A stretch of DNA of 64,000 nt from an uncultured cyanobacterium (GCA_963793425.1 CAWCAG010000005.1:1344001-1408000); one strand, 5' to 3'; shown: positions 9,022-21,923, numbered from the stretch's first letter. Program-made: numbers and translations. Notes: generated by a model not told the origin, from the letters alone.

Positions 9022-9885
9022 ATGAAACTGTCAGTTTATGGAAAGGGTGGAATCGGTAAATCTACAACAAGCTGCAATATCTCTGTAGCTTTAGCTAAAA
9101 GAGGTAAAAAAGTCTTGCAAATTGGCTGTGACCCCAAGCATGACAGCACCTTCACTCTGACAGGTTTCCTTATTCCTACCATCATCGACACCTTACAAGA
9201 AAAAGATTTCCATTACGAAGATATTTGGCCAGAAGATGTCATTTATAAAGGCTATGGCGGCGTTGATTGTGTAGAAGCAGGAGGCCCCCCGGCTGGTGCA
9301 GGTTGCGGTGGTTATGTAGTTGGGGAAACTGTTAAACTCCTCAAAGAACTCAACGCTTTTGATGAGTACGATGTTATTCTCTTTGATGTCTTAGGTGACG
9401 TAGTTTGCGGCGGTTTTGCGGCCCCTTTAAACTACTCTGACTATTGCATGATTATTACAGACAATGGTTTTGATGCTTTATTCGCGGCCAATCGTATCGC
9501 TGCTTCGGTAAGAGAAAAAGCCCGCACTCACCCCCTCCGCTTAGCAGGTTTAATTGGTAACCGTACCTCCAAGCGAGACTTAATCGATAAATACATAGAA
9601 TCAGTACCAATGCCAGTGTTAGAAATTCTGCCTTTAATTGAAGATATTCGCGTTTCTCGCGTTAAGGGTAAGACTCTATTTGAAATGGCCGAAACTGATC
9701 CTTCCTTAAGTTACGTCTGTGACTACTATCTCAACATCGCTGATCAGGTTTTAGCTTTGCCAGAAGGTGTAGTACCCAACGAATCTCAAGATCGCGACCT
9801 ATTCACTCTCTTATCAGACTTCTATCTCAACGACACCCTACCTCAAAAATCAGCAGAAGAAGAACTAGACTTGATGATGGTTTAA
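9022..9885 (+). CDS. chlL: Light-independent protochlorophyllide reductase iron-sulfur ATP-binding subunit
   Basis: [30 protein letters not shown] and [11 protein letters not shown] motifs. Confidence 0.98.
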   Translation: MKLSVYGKGGIGKSTTSCNISVALAKRGKKVLQIGCDPKHDSTFTLTGFLIPTIIDTLQEKDFHYEDIWPEDVIYKGYGGVDCVEAGGPPAGAGCGGYVVGETVKLLKELNAFDEYDVILFDVLGDVVCGGFAAPLNYSDYCMIITDNGFDALFAANRIAASVREKARTHPLRLAGLIGNRTSKRDLIDKYIESVPMPVLEILPLIEDIRVSRVKGKTLFEMAETDPSLSYVCDYYLNIADQVLALPEGVVPNESQDRDLFTLLSDFYLNDTLPQKSAEEELDLMMV

Positions 9886-9891
9886 TTTAAC

Positions 9892-9934
9892 AGGGAGTAG
9901 GGAGTAGGGGAAAAGTAATAAGTAATAAGTAATA
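9892..9934. repeat. STRR-like heptamer repeats
   Basis: AGGGAGT x2 then AGTAATA x3, just downstream of chlL. Confidence 0.7.
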
Positions 9935-9994
9935 AGTTTTGAATATACTGTTCTCATTCCCTTTGACCCTTAACCTTTCTCCTAAAACTGTAAA

Positions 9995-11771
<1,777 letters not shown>

Positions 11772-11816
11772 ATTTTTACTCTCTTGAGTTGACAGAAAAT
11801 CATAGGGCTTATAATC

Positions 11817-11850
11817 TCCCTCCTTTTTCGAGAGAAAGGGGGGAATTTTT
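11817..11850 (+). terminator. Intrinsic terminator after chlN
   Basis: TCCCTCCTTTTT-CGAG-AGAAAGGGGGGA followed by ATTTTT. Confidence 0.65.
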
Positions 11851-11920
11851 GCTCTGAAAAATAGGGAAATACTATAATTTAGAAGCTTGGAATAGTAGTA
11901 ATTTAATAACATTACCTACA

Positions 11921-12493
11921 ATGACTAACATTAGCCTCAGTTTAAGGCCTTTAGTTGAGGAACTGACACGTGAACAGTTTTATGAGCTATGCCTGGTAAA
12001 CAAAGAAATTGCTATGGAACGTAGTCCAACAGGAGAGTTAATCATTATGCCCCCAGTTGGTGGTGAGAGTGGAGAAAAAGAAGCAGACTACATTATTAAT
12101 TTAGGTATTTGGAATCGTCAGGCAAAACTTGGTAAGGTTTTTAGTTCTTCAACTGTTTTCAAATTACCCAATGGAGGCGATCGCTCTCCTGATGCAGCAT
12201 GGGTAGAACTAGAGCGCTGGAACGGTTTAACCGGAGAAGAAAAGAAAAAATTTCCGCCACTGTGTCCGGATTTTGTGATTGAACTACGTTCTGAGAGTGA
12301 TCGCCTCAAACCCCTTCAGGAGAAAATGCGTGAATATCTTGCTAGTGGGCTGCGGCTGGGATGGCTAATTAATCCCCAGGATCAATTAGTTGAGATTTAC
12401 CGACTGGATCAGGAGGTAGAGATTGTCGAAATTCCTGCCATAGTTTCAGGGGAGGATGTGTTGCCAGGTTTTGTTATGGAAATTATTTCTTAG
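11921..12493 (+). CDS. Uma2 family endonuclease-like protein
   Basis: GELIIMPP, RSPDAAWV, CPDFVIELRS and GLRLGWLINP motifs. Confidence 0.92.
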   Translation: MTNISLSLRPLVEELTREQFYELCLVNKEIAMERSPTGELIIMPPVGGESGEKEADYIINLGIWNRQAKLGKVFSSSTVFKLPNGGDRSPDAAWVELERWNGLTGEEKKKFPPLCPDFVIELRSESDRLKPLQEKMREYLASGLRLGWLINPQDQLVEIYRLDQEVEIVEIPAIVSGEDVLPGFVMEIIS

Positions 12494-12558
12494 CTGTAGT
12501 TACAAAAATGTCAACGCTACGCCTTAGCTTGGAAAGTTAGCGCTCAACTGCAATTCCC

Positions 12559-15500
12559 TTAATTCAACTTACCGTTACCTGTAGGAACAGCTTCTGGACT
12601 TAAGGGATCGGGATCGCCTTCGCCAATCTCCTGACGATCTTCTTTGTCACCCAATAATTTACCTAACCAATGTACAAGGTTATCTACATAGGTAAACAGT
12701 ACTGGTACAACCACTAAAGTCAAAAGAGTAGAAGTGGTGAAGCCGCCAATAACTGCGATCGCCATGGGACTGCGTACCTCCCCATCTGCCCCCAATTCTA
12801 AAGCAATGGGTATCATGCCAGCCACAGTAGATATAGAGGTCATCAAAATTGGTCTTAAGCGAGATACTCCTGCCCCCACAACAGCTTGAAACTGCTTTTT
12901 ACCTTCTCTTTGACCGGAAAGGGCAAAATCTACTAGGAGAATCGCATTTTTCGTTACTAATCCCATCAACAAAACAATACCAATTAAAGCAAATAAACCT
13001 AACTCTTTTTGCGTCACCAATAAACCCAACAACGCACCACCAATAGAGAGGGGTAAGGCAACTAAAATTGCGAAGGGATAGAGAAAGTTGTTGTACAACA
13101 GTACCAGAATTACATAAATACAGAGAACTGCTAAACCCAAGGCACTACCAAAGCGAGTAAAGATATCTCTCATGATTTCTGCTTCACCGAAGGGTTCTTC
13201 TGAAACATCAGGTGGAAGGGGATTTATAGCAGGTAAAGCCTTCACCTGATCCAAAGCATCCCCCAAAGAAACACCTTCTAAATTCGCTTCCACCAAAACC
13301 TGACGGCTACGATCTAAACGTTCAATTTCTGCGGGACCACTGCCTAAACGAATATTAGCTACAGCAGTGAGGGGAACTAAGCCACCGCCATCGCCACGGG
13401 GAACCATGAGATTTTTAAGAGTTTCTAGGTCGTCGGTAGCATCAGAGGCAATTTTAACCCGGATAGGAATTTGACGATCAGCAAGGTTAAATTTAGCTAA
13501 ATTAGACTCACTGTCACCAATCAAAGCCAAAGAAGCGGTACGGGAAATTGCTTGTACCGAAACACCTAAATCTGCTGCCCTAGCCGCATCTGGTTCAATG
13601 ATAATTTCTGGTTTCACCAAACTCGTACTAGAAACCACCTCCACTAAACCAGGAATCTCTTTCATTTGACTTTCCAAAGCTTCAGCAGTTTCGTTTAAAG
13701 TTTCAGCATTTTCACTTTGCAAGACAATAGATAGTTCTTTGCTACCTCCTCCAGGCCCTTGACTCTGGAAGCTTACCCTTGCCCCAGGAATACGAGCAAA
13801 TTCTTGACGCATTTGTTGCTCAATTTCTCTTTGATGCAAGTCTCGTTCGCTTTTGGGTACAAGGCTAACAACCGCAGTACCTTGATCAACACTGTCACCC
13901 CCTAATGTTCCTAAAACACTTTTAATATTAGGATTAGGTAAGAGTATTTCATTCAATTGTGCCAATACCGCTTCGGTTTCTTGGAGTTGCGAACCCGCAG
14001 GAAGATCAATACTAACAATGCTGATGCCAATATCCCCACTATCAAACAAACCTTTGGGGATAAACTGGATAAGTTGCAAACTACCGATAAAAAAGACTAC
14101 GGCAACAATTAAGGTGGTAATGCGATGTTTTAAAGACCAAGTAAGGAGGTTGCGGTAGGGATGGAAGCGTTTTTGAGGAGGTTTGTGGTGGCCATTACCA
14201 TTAAAATTGGGGTTATGACCATTAGTTTCGGTATTAGTATATTTAGGTTGCAACAAATAGGCACTTAGCATCGGAGTCATCGTTACCGCCACTAAGGTAG
14301 AAAACATTGTCGAAACCGCAACGGTAATCCCAAAAGGTTGGAAGAATTGACCAGGTATACCTCCCATAAAAGCTACAGGAACAAAAACCGCCACAATAGT
14401 AGCAGTGGTAGCAACTACTGCTAAACCAATTTCCCGCGCCCCATCTAAAGCTGCTTTGAAGGGCCTTTTTCCCATTTGTAAATGCTGGTCGATGTTTTCA
14501 ATCATACAAATGGCATCGTCCACCAAGTTTCCTACCGCGAGGGCTAAAGCCAAAAGAGTCATACCATTAAGGGTATAATCTAAAGTCTTCATGACCATGA
14601 AAGTAGGAATCATCGAAAGAGGCAAAGCTAAGGCAGTAATTAAAGTAACTCGCCAATCTCGCAAAAATAACCACACTGTGACGATGGTCAACAAACAACC
14701 TGCAATCAAAGCCCCAATGGTCGCTTGATAAGAAGCCCGCACTTCATCAGCACGGGTAAAAATCAGTTCTTGCTTAATATCTTCTGGTAAAGTTGTTTTC
14801 AGTTCCTCAACTTTCTTTTTAACCCCTTCTTCTACGGTGACGAGGTTGCTACCTGTACTGCGAAGAACAGAGTAACTGACTACAGGTTCACCGTTTAAAT
14901 AAGCTGATTGCCTGGGGTCAGCAAAACTATCAGTTACTTCCCCTAAATCACTCAAACGGACACTATCACCGTTAGGCAGAACGATACCATAATCTTGCAA
15001 ATCTTCAACAGTTTCGGCACTACCTAAAGTACGAACATTTTGTTCTCCCCCGCCAATTTCTGAGCGCCCACTAGGTAAGTTAATATTTAAGCTACGGATC
15101 TGGTCGTTAACTTGGGTTGCTGTAATACCATAGGCTTGTAGGCGAGAAGGATCAAGATCAACACGAATTTCTCTATCTACCCCGCCTTTACGATTAACCT
15201 CAGCAACTCCTCTCACCGTTAATAAAGCGCGACTAATTTTGCGGTCTACCAGATCGCTTAACTCTTCTACTGAACGCTGAGGGGAAGAGACAGCATAGGT
15301 CATAACCGAACCACCAGCAAACTCTAAACGACTGACAATGGGGTCGTTGACATCTTGGGGTAATTTGCTACGAACTTGAGATACCGCGTTACGGACATCA
15401 TTAGTAGCCCTGTCTGTATCTGTATCTAAAGTAAATTCAACAACTGTAGTTGAACTTCCTTCTACCACTGTAGAAGTGATTTTATCTATATTCCCCAATC

Positions 15501-15723
15501 CCGCTACCGCATCTTCAATTTCTTTGGTAACTTGATTCTCCAATTCCGCCGGCCCCGCCCCAGGTTGCCCCACACTAATAATTACCGCCGGAACATCAAT
15601 ATTTGGTTCACTATCTATCCCCAGTTGCAGAAAAGAAAAGATACCAAAGATTCCCAAAACCAGAAACATAACAATGGTGGGAACCGGATTTTTAATTGAC
15701 CAAGAAGAGACGTGGAAAGACAT
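12559..15723 (-). CDS. RND efflux transporter permease (AcrB/AcrD/AcrF family)
   Basis: 1054 aa with GNLVDDAI, KNAILLVDF and RLRPILMT motifs, and two large periplasmic loops. Confidence 0.95.
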   Translation of the reverse strand: MSFHVSSWSIKNPVPTIVMFLVLGIFGIFSFLQLGIDSEPNIDVPAVIISVGQPGAGPAELENQVTKEIEDAVAGLGNIDKITSTVVEGSSTTVVEFTLDTDTDRATNDVRNAVSQVRSKLPQDVNDPIVSRLEFAGGSVMTYAVSSPQRSVEELSDLVDRKISRALLTVRGVAEVNRKGGVDREIRVDLDPSRLQAYGITATQVNDQIRSLNINLPSGRSEIGGGEQNVRTLGSAETVEDLQDYGIVLPNGDSVRLSDLGEVTDSFADPRQSAYLNGEPVVSYSVLRSTGSNLVTVEEGVKKKVEELKTTLPEDIKQELIFTRADEVRASYQATIGALIAGCLLTIVTVWLFLRDWRVTLITALALPLSMIPTFMVMKTLDYTLNGMTLLALALAVGNLVDDAICMIENIDQHLQMGKRPFKAALDGAREIGLAVVATTATIVAVFVPVAFMGGIPGQFFQPFGITVAVSTMFSTLVAVTMTPMLSAYLLQPKYTNTETNGHNPNFNGNGHHKPPQKRFHPYRNLLTWSLKHRITTLIVAVVFFIGSLQLIQFIPKGLFDSGDIGISIVSIDLPAGSQLQETEAVLAQLNEILLPNPNIKSVLGTLGGDSVDQGTAVVSLVPKSERDLHQREIEQQMRQEFARIPGARVSFQSQGPGGGSKELSIVLQSENAETLNETAEALESQMKEIPGLVEVVSSTSLVKPEIIIEPDAARAADLGVSVQAISRTASLALIGDSESNLAKFNLADRQIPIRVKIASDATDDLETLKNLMVPRGDGGGLVPLTAVANIRLGSGPAEIERLDRSRQVLVEANLEGVSLGDALDQVKALPAINPLPPDVSEEPFGEAEIMRDIFTRFGSALGLAVLCIYVILVLLYNNFLYPFAILVALPLSIGGALLGLLVTQKELGLFALIGIVLLMGLVTKNAILLVDFALSGQREGKKQFQAVVGAGVSRLRPILMTSISTVAGMIPIALELGADGEVRSPMAIAVIGGFTTSTLLTLVVVPVLFTYVDNLVHWLGKLLGDKEDRQEIGEGDPDPLSPEAVPTGNGKLN

Positions 15724-15782
15724 TTTTTTAGGGATTTAGGGAACGGGGAACAGGTAAGGAGTAATGGGTAATAGGTAGATCC

Positions 15783-17249
15783 TTAATCGTCTAAAAACCC
15801 TTCAACTACATCTACTTTGTCGCCATCTTTGAGATAGGATACGCCTTTAACTGCGATGGAATCGCCTTTATTTAAACCACTTTTAATGTGAATTTGGTTG
15901 TTAGGTAAAGGATCACCGAGTACAACCTCCTTCGCTTGGGCAATATTTTTTTCATTGAGGACAAATACTTTGCCACTACCATCAGCTTGAGGTAAAACAG
16001 CTTCTGAAGGCACTTTCACCCCCATTGCTGAAGACGTAATAATGTTACCTCGCAAAAACATTCCTGGACGCAGGGTTCCTGTATCTGGTAAAGGCACTTT
16101 AACAATCGCCTGACGAGATTCTTCATTGACTACGGGGTCTATTTCCCGAACCCTAGCGGCCATATCTACTCGACTATCTCGGTCAGAAGTAACCTCAACC
16201 CTTTGTCCAACTTCAATCTGAGATAACTGAGTTTCAGGAACTTTGAGTTGTAATTCCAAGTTACCGTTGGCCGTCATTTTAAACAAAACTCCAGAGGCCA
16301 CTTTACCAACATTAACAGGAACTTCTGTAACCTTACCGCTCACCGGAGCAAGTACACGGGTATCCTGGAGTTGGGCTTCAATGGCGGCTACTTGCCCCTG
16401 GGCCTGTTCTAATTGACCTTGGGCTTGAGTTATTACCTCTGGGCGTTCCCCAGCTTCTAATTCCTTAAGTTGCTCTTTCGCTTGGGCTAAACTAGCTTTA
16501 GCTTCTTCAAGATTACTAACCTTGCTATTATATTCGTTAATACTTTCATCTAAAGCATCTTTAGAAATAGCCCCTTCTTTAGTAAGATAACGATTACGAT
16601 CAACTCGCTTTTGAGCTAAACTTTTATCTGAATCTGCTGTATTCACCCTTGCTTGAGCGCTGATTACACCTTGTTTCGCCCTAGCTAATTCTTCAGAACG
16701 AGAACCATTTCTAACTTCCGCTAAACGAGCTTCGGCTTGCAACACAGAACCCTTAGCCTGGGTAAGCTGTGCCTGTAGCTGGGAGTTATCCAAGACAGCC
16801 ATTTCTGCCCCTTCTCTAACATAGTCTCCTTCTTGTACTGAAACTCTTTCCACTCGCAAGTTGGAAGCAGGAGAATAAACTTCAATATCTTTGAAAGGAG
16901 CAATAGTACCAGTCGCTTCAATAGAACTACTCACTGTACCTAATTCTACCTCCATCACCGTGGCACTTTGACTCGATGTAGAAGCAGGAGGTGCTTCTTC
17001 CTGGTTAGGAGTCTCTTCCTGGCTTGCCCCCAAAAAGCGACTTCCTACAAGAGCAAGTAAAATGCCCATGAACATACCCAAAAACAGACCCCGTTTGCCA
17101 GAAAGCCAATTGGTTTTCTTAACTGCTTCTGTTTCTTCAGTGGGTGTTAAGACAATTTCAATTTCTTGTTCGTCAATCTTTTGCTCTGTTGCTGAGATAG
17201 AGGTTCCTGGGGTTCGGTTTTGCTCGTCTTCTGGGGCTATTTGAGTCAC
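15783..17249 (-). CDS. RND periplasmic adaptor (membrane fusion protein)
   Basis: N-terminal TM, lipoyl halves (VQEGDYV, APVSGKV), a long coiled coil and LRPGMF. Lies upstream of the RND permease. Confidence 0.92.
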   Translation of the reverse strand: MTQIAPEDEQNRTPGTSISATEQKIDEQEIEIVLTPTEETEAVKKTNWLSGKRGLFLGMFMGILLALVGSRFLGASQEETPNQEEAPPASTSSQSATVMEVELGTVSSSIEATGTIAPFKDIEVYSPASNLRVERVSVQEGDYVREGAEMAVLDNSQLQAQLTQAKGSVLQAEARLAEVRNGSRSEELARAKQGVISAQARVNTADSDKSLAQKRVDRNRYLTKEGAISKDALDESINEYNSKVSNLEEAKASLAQAKEQLKELEAGERPEVITQAQGQLEQAQGQVAAIEAQLQDTRVLAPVSGKVTEVPVNVGKVASGVLFKMTANGNLELQLKVPETQLSQIEVGQRVEVTSDRDSRVDMAARVREIDPVVNEESRQAIVKVPLPDTGTLRPGMFLRGNIITSSAMGVKVPSEAVLPQADGSGKVFVLNEKNIAQAKEVVLGDPLPNNQIHIKSGLNKGDSIAVKGVSYLKDGDKVDVVEGFLDD

Positions 17250-17491
17250 GACTGGTTTCTTCCTTTGTTGGCAGTTGAGCTATTAAAGTGTTTGTTAAAG
17301 GAGGATGATCTTAAGATAAATTTAATATATTTCAATATTACTTAATATACCCTATTATCAAGAATTTTAGAGCAATTAATAAGTGAACACTTACTTAAAT
17401 TATAATCAATTGTTTGATTCCTATAGAATAGGCAAAAGGTAGAGATTTTTGGTAAGAGGAACTGATACCATAACGGTTAATTAAATAAGGA

Positions 17492-18010
17492 GTGGCATCC
17501 ATGAAAATATTGCGTAGCTACAGCAAACCTCTAACCTATCTAGGTTTGCTTTCCCTGGCAATTATCCCTTTCTCTTCAGCCCTAAGTAACTCTGTAGCAG
17601 CGAAGGAGAATCCTTTAGAAATTGCCCAAGTCCAGCCTATTCCCCCCAGACAAACCATCTGCCGTAAAATTGCTGCTACTCCCTCCGGCATTACCGGACC
17701 AGGAGTTCCCTATTATCGTCAACCCACAGCAGTACAAAGCGGAGATCCTATCGGGCGCTATCCTATTGGTAGAGAAGTTAAATTAGTCGTTCCTCGCCAA
17801 GAAAGGCGGGTTTTTGATACAGACCGCCCGGATTTTGAATATGTAATGATTTTAGCCATTGAAGGTCAAACTGCTGAAGTTTGGTTTCCGGCTAACGTAG
17901 CCCGTAGATTTGGTGGTCCCCCTGTCGAAAAAGGTGCTTTAGTGATGTGTAATAATCCTGGAGTCCAGCAAACTAGTCCTGCTAATACTCCCGTCCGAGG
18001 CCGATGGTGA
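17492..18010 (+). CDS. Secreted hypothetical protein
   Basis: Signal-peptide-like N-terminus with an AAGGAG SD; overlaps the start of the L,D-transpeptidase ORF. Confidence 0.7.
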   Translation: MASMKILRSYSKPLTYLGLLSLAIIPFSSALSNSVAAKENPLEIAQVQPIPPRQTICRKIAATPSGITGPGVPYYRQPTAVQSGDPIGRYPIGREVKLVVPRQERRVFDTDRPDFEYVMILAIEGQTAEVWFPANVARRFGGPPVEKGALVMCNNPGVQQTSPANTPVRGRW

Positions 18011-18684
18011 TTTCATTTATCATTGAACATTTATCATTTATCAGTTGTTGGCTTGGTTTTAGAAACAGCTACACATTTTGGTCTTTCTTTTTACTAAGTT
18101 CTAATACAACGGTTTTTTGTTTGGGCCAGAGTTTACCTGTGGGGGCATCTACTACTTCTTCATCGCTACAAGCCTCTGATACCATAGCTGTTGTGGTTTC
18201 TCCTCCCAGGATTTTAGATAAGCTGGAATTGCCACCATTGGGGGAAGCTGACCAATTTTTACCAGATCAACCAATTCCTGGGGGAGTAAATGCTTACGGC
18301 ACTCAGATAATTTTGAGTTTGAGCGATCGCCTAGTTTATTTATATCGTAATGGTCAACTTCAAGTCAGCTATCCTGTGGCCATTGGTAAACAGGGCTGGG
18401 AAACCCCTTTAGGTGATTTTCAGGTGCAACAAATGATTGTCGAACCAACTTGGGAGAATCCTTTTACCGGAGAGTTAATTCCACCAGGAGGAAATAATCC
18501 TTTAGGGAAAAGGTGGATTGGTTTTTGGAGTGATGGCAAAGATGTTATTGGTTTCCACGGCACTCCCAACGAAAAACTAATCGGGCAAGCTGTTTCCCAT
18601 GGTTGCGTAAGAATGCGTAATGAAGATGCGATCGCTTTGTTTGAACAAGTAGAAGTGGGAACCCCTGTTACTGTTATTAGGTAA
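18004..18684 (+). CDS. L,D-transpeptidase (YkuD family); start uncertain
   Basis: YPVAIGK, NPLGKRWIG, IGFHGT and SHGCVRM catalytic motifs. Confidence 0.93.
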   Translation: MVISFIIEHLSFISCWLGFRNSYTFWSFFLLSSNTTVFCLGQSLPVGASTTSSSLQASDTIAVVVSPPRILDKLELPPLGEADQFLPDQPIPGGVNAYGTQIILSLSDRLVYLYRNGQLQVSYPVAIGKQGWETPLGDFQVQQMIVEPTWENPFTGELIPPGGNNPLGKRWIGFWSDGKDVIGFHGTPNEKLIGQAVSHGCVRMRNEDAIALFEQVEVGTPVTVIR

Positions 18685-18688
18685 TGGG

Positions 18689-18807
18689 TAAGCTGTTATG
18701 CTTTTAAATTAGTTTGCAAGGGGAGGGGAGTAGGAAGTAGGGAGCAGTAAGGAAATGGGGAAAATTTGGTTAATGCAAAAATCCCTGTTTAAATGCGTCT
18801 TAGTTTA
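18689..18807 (+). mobile_element. MITE-like element with degenerate terminal inverted repeats
   Basis: TAAGCTGTTATGCTTTTAAA ... TTTAAATGCGTCTTAGTTTA (14/20 complementary), TA termini, internal purine heptamers. Confidence 0.5.
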
Positions 18808-18817
18808 ATAGGTTTAT

Positions 18818-19405
18818 ATGATAGGGAATTACACTATTAATTTCGCGCCGTTGTTTACCATTGATGACGAAAAGTTTGCTTTGCTTTGTCGTCATAACCC
18901 AGGTATCAAATTTGAAAGAAACCATCAAGGAGAATTGATTATTATGGCTCCAACCGGAGGAGAAAGCGGCATACGAAATACTGATTTAACTGGGCAATTT
19001 TGGCTTTGGAATCGCCAAAACAAATTAGGTAAAGTATTTGATTCTTCAACTTGTTTTCGCCTTCCTAATGGTGCTAACCTTTCCCCTGATGTTTCTTGGA
19101 TTAAACAAGCAAGATGGGATAAATTGACTCCTCAGCAAAAAGCAACTTTTCCTCCCCTTGCCCCTGATTTTGTCTTAGAATTAATGTCTCCAAGCGATAA
19201 TTTGAAAGATACTCAAAAAAAGATGCAAGAATACTTGGATGCTGGTGTTAAGCTAGGTTGGTTAATTAATCCCAAAAAACGTCAAGTAGAGATTTATCGT
19301 TTAGGGCAAGATAAAGAAGTTTTAGCACAACCAACTATATTATCAGGAGAAGATATTTTACCTGGGTTTATTCTCGATTTACAAATAATTTGGCAAACCG
19401 AGTAA
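18818..19405 (+). CDS. Uma2 family endonuclease-like protein
   Basis: GELIIMAPTGG, LSPDVSWI, APDFVLELMSPSD and GVKLGWLINP motifs. Confidence 0.92.
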   Translation: MIGNYTINFAPLFTIDDEKFALLCRHNPGIKFERNHQGELIIMAPTGGESGIRNTDLTGQFWLWNRQNKLGKVFDSSTCFRLPNGANLSPDVSWIKQARWDKLTPQQKATFPPLAPDFVLELMSPSDNLKDTQKKMQEYLDAGVKLGWLINPKKRQVEIYRLGQDKEVLAQPTILSGEDILPGFILDLQIIWQTE

Positions 19406-19440
19406 AATCATTTATTACTTATTATTTAATAGCTAAAATA

Positions 19441-19520
19441 GGCTGTAACTCTTGGCTACTACTTGCTGCCTACTCCCTACTCCCTTGCCCCAGCAAGCAA
19501 TATAAATGCCTGAGAGCTTA
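19441..19520 (-). repeat. Inverted copy of the MITE-like end
   Basis: The minus strand begins TAAGCTCTCAGGCATTTATATTG and continues into GGGAGTAGGGAGTAGG, like the copies at 18689 and 24980. Confidence 0.6.
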
Positions 19521-19551
19521 ATTAATAATATTATTATTGAATTAGTTAGGA

Positions 19552-19941
19552 TTGGTACAACCTATGTTTAAAGATGAAGCCGTATCTTCAGGCTTAATAG
19601 TCTTCCTCATTTTGCTTCTAGCCTTTGTTTCTGTGAGGATATCAATACCTTTAAGTATTGTGTTAGGTGCTATTGCTGGACTCTGTTGGGGATTTATAAT
19701 TAACTGGCGACTAACGAAAGAGGAGCCTGGTGAAGCTTGGTCTAATAGATTAAATCGGGTTGTTAAAACCACCTCCGGCAAAGTTAATTTATCTGAAGCA
19801 CAAAGAAGGGCTAGAGAACAGATAAAAAGTACGAGAATACAAGATAGCAGAAACGAACAAAACCAAGATAAGAATAAAAATAAGGGTGGAAATAAACTAA
19901 TTAGACCTTTGGTTTTTTGGCGGAGAAAGAATAAGAATTAA
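19552..19941 (+). CDS. Hypothetical membrane protein (2 TM plus basic tail)
   Basis: 129-aa ORF with two hydrophobic helices; start uncertain. Confidence 0.6.
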   Translation: MVQPMFKDEAVSSGLIVFLILLLAFVSVRISIPLSIVLGAIAGLCWGFIINWRLTKEEPGEAWSNRLNRVVKTTSGKVNLSEAQRRAREQIKSTRIQDSRNEQNQDKNKNKGGNKLIRPLVFWRRKNKN

Positions 19942-19958
19942 GGACTGGGAGATGGGGT

Positions 19959-19993
19959 GACTGGGGAAAATGATTTTAATTTTGCCCCCAGTC
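19959..19993. terminator. Hairpin between convergent genes
   Basis: GACTGGGG ... CCCCAGTC inverted repeat between ORF 19552 and typA. Confidence 0.55.
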
Positions 19994-20026
19994 TGTAATT
20001 GAGTTAGGGTTTGTCTTACTGAGCTT

Positions 20027-21821
20027 TTAACGTTTAGCTAACTTTTTCGTCTTCACTTTCCGTAAACGAATAGACTCAGGAGTAACTTCCACTAACTCAT
20101 CGGTGGTGATATATTCCAAAGCCCTTTCTAAACTCATTTCAATGGGAGATTGTAGTTGTACTAATTCATCTCCACTAGCCGCACGGTGGTTGGTTAATTG
20201 CTTAGTTTTGGCTACATTAAGATCCAAATCTTGGGGACGGTTGTGTTCCCCAACAATCATACCTTTGTAAACTTTAATTCCGGGAGTGATGAAGAAAACA
20301 CCCCTATCCTCAGCATTCTTTAAGGCATAGAAAGTTGCTACTCCTTCTTCAAAAGCAACAATTACCCCATTGCGGCGAGTCTCTAAATCTCCCATTAAAG
20401 GACGATATTCTAAGAAACTGTGGTTCATAATTCCTTCACCACGGGTTAAACGGAGGAATTCCCCTCGGAAGCCAATTAAACCCCTGGCAGGTATAACAAA
20501 CTCCAATTGAGTACGTCCGTTGCCACCCACCTGCATATCCTGCATTGTCCCTTTACGCTGCCCCAAACGTTCAATGCAACTACCTACGGCTGCTTCAGGA
20601 ACATCTACTACCAAATACTCGTAGGGTTCGCAAGGTTGCCCATTAATTTCTCGGTAAATAACCTGGGGTTGAGAAACTTGAAACTCATAACCTTCTCGGC
20701 GCATGGTTTCAATTAAAATACCTAAATGTAGTTCTCCTCGTCCAGAAACAGAGAATTTTTCTGTGGAATCAGATTCTTCAACCCTCAAAGCCACGTTGGT
20801 TTCCAATTCTCGGAATAAGCGTTCCCGAATTTGGCGAGAGGTGACATAATTGCCTTCCTGTCCAGCAAAAGGAGAATCATTAACGGAGAATGTCATTTGT
20901 AAGGTAGGTTCGTCTACCTTAATTAAGGGTAAAGCTTGGGGATCTTCTGGGGAGGTGAGGGTTTCGCCAATATTAGCATCAGCAAATCCAGCTACAGCAA
21001 CAATATTTCCCGCCGAGGCTTCTTCGAGATCCACCCGCTTTAATCCGTCAAAACCCATTAATTTAGTCACTTTCGCTTTAATGGTTTTGCCTTCTTCTTG
21101 AACTAAAGCTACCTGCTGCCCTGCTTTAATAACGCCGTTATGGATTCTACCAATAACAATCCGCCCCACATAATCTGAGTAGTCCAAAGTTGTAACTTGT
21201 AGCTGCAATGGCTTAGTGACATCTCCTACCGGAGGGGGAACGTGTTGGAGAATCGCTTCAAACAGGGGCTGCATATCTACCCCTTCAGTTTCTAAATCTT
21301 CTTTGGCGTAACCTTCTAAGCCAGAGGCAAATAGATAGGTGAAGTCGCACTGATCATCATCGGCCCCTAATTCAATAAATAAATCTAAAACTTTATCTAC
21401 TGCAGCTAAGGGATCTGCATGGGGACGATCAATTTTATTAACGACGACGATAGGACGTAGAGCCCTTTTCTAAGGCTTTTTTCAAGACAAACCTGGTTTG
21501 GGGCATTGGCCCTTCGTTAGCATCGACGATTAAGATACAACCATCTACCATACCTAATACTCGCTCAACTTCGCCCCCAAAATCAGCGTGTCCTGGGGTA
21601 TCAACGATGTTGATTAGAGTATCTTTATAGCGAACAGCAGTATTTTTGGAAAGAATGGTAATACCCCTTTCTCGTTCCAGGGCATTGGAGTCCATGACGC
21701 AATCAGGAATCTCTTCCCCTTCGCGAAAGATACCGGATTGTTTTAATAAAGCATCAACCAAGGTTGTTTTACCATGATCAACGTGAGCAATAATAGCAAG
21801 ATTGCGAATGGGAAGAGACAT
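20027..21821 (-). CDS. typA: Translational GTPase TypA/BipA, split by a single extra base near 21461
   Basis: [17 protein letters not shown] and DTPGHADF motifs. Removing one base in AAGGGCTCTACGT restores [15 protein letters not shown] and an open frame into ORF 20027-21274. Confidence 0.93.
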
Positions 21822-21923
21822 ATTGAGAAGTCAAGGACGTTGATTTACGTTATCGATCTAAAGATTTCTTAATAATTCTAACTTGAATCAGCTATTTTCG
21901 GTAATAGTTACTAAAGAAGCAAA

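Noticed and set aside
9022..9885. Nitrogenase nifH
   Set aside because: The sequence motifs and linkage to chlN identify it as ChlL.
21438..21480. Programmed frameshift in typA
   Set aside because: I know of no recoding in typA, and similar indels occur in unrelated genes, so sequencing error is more likely.
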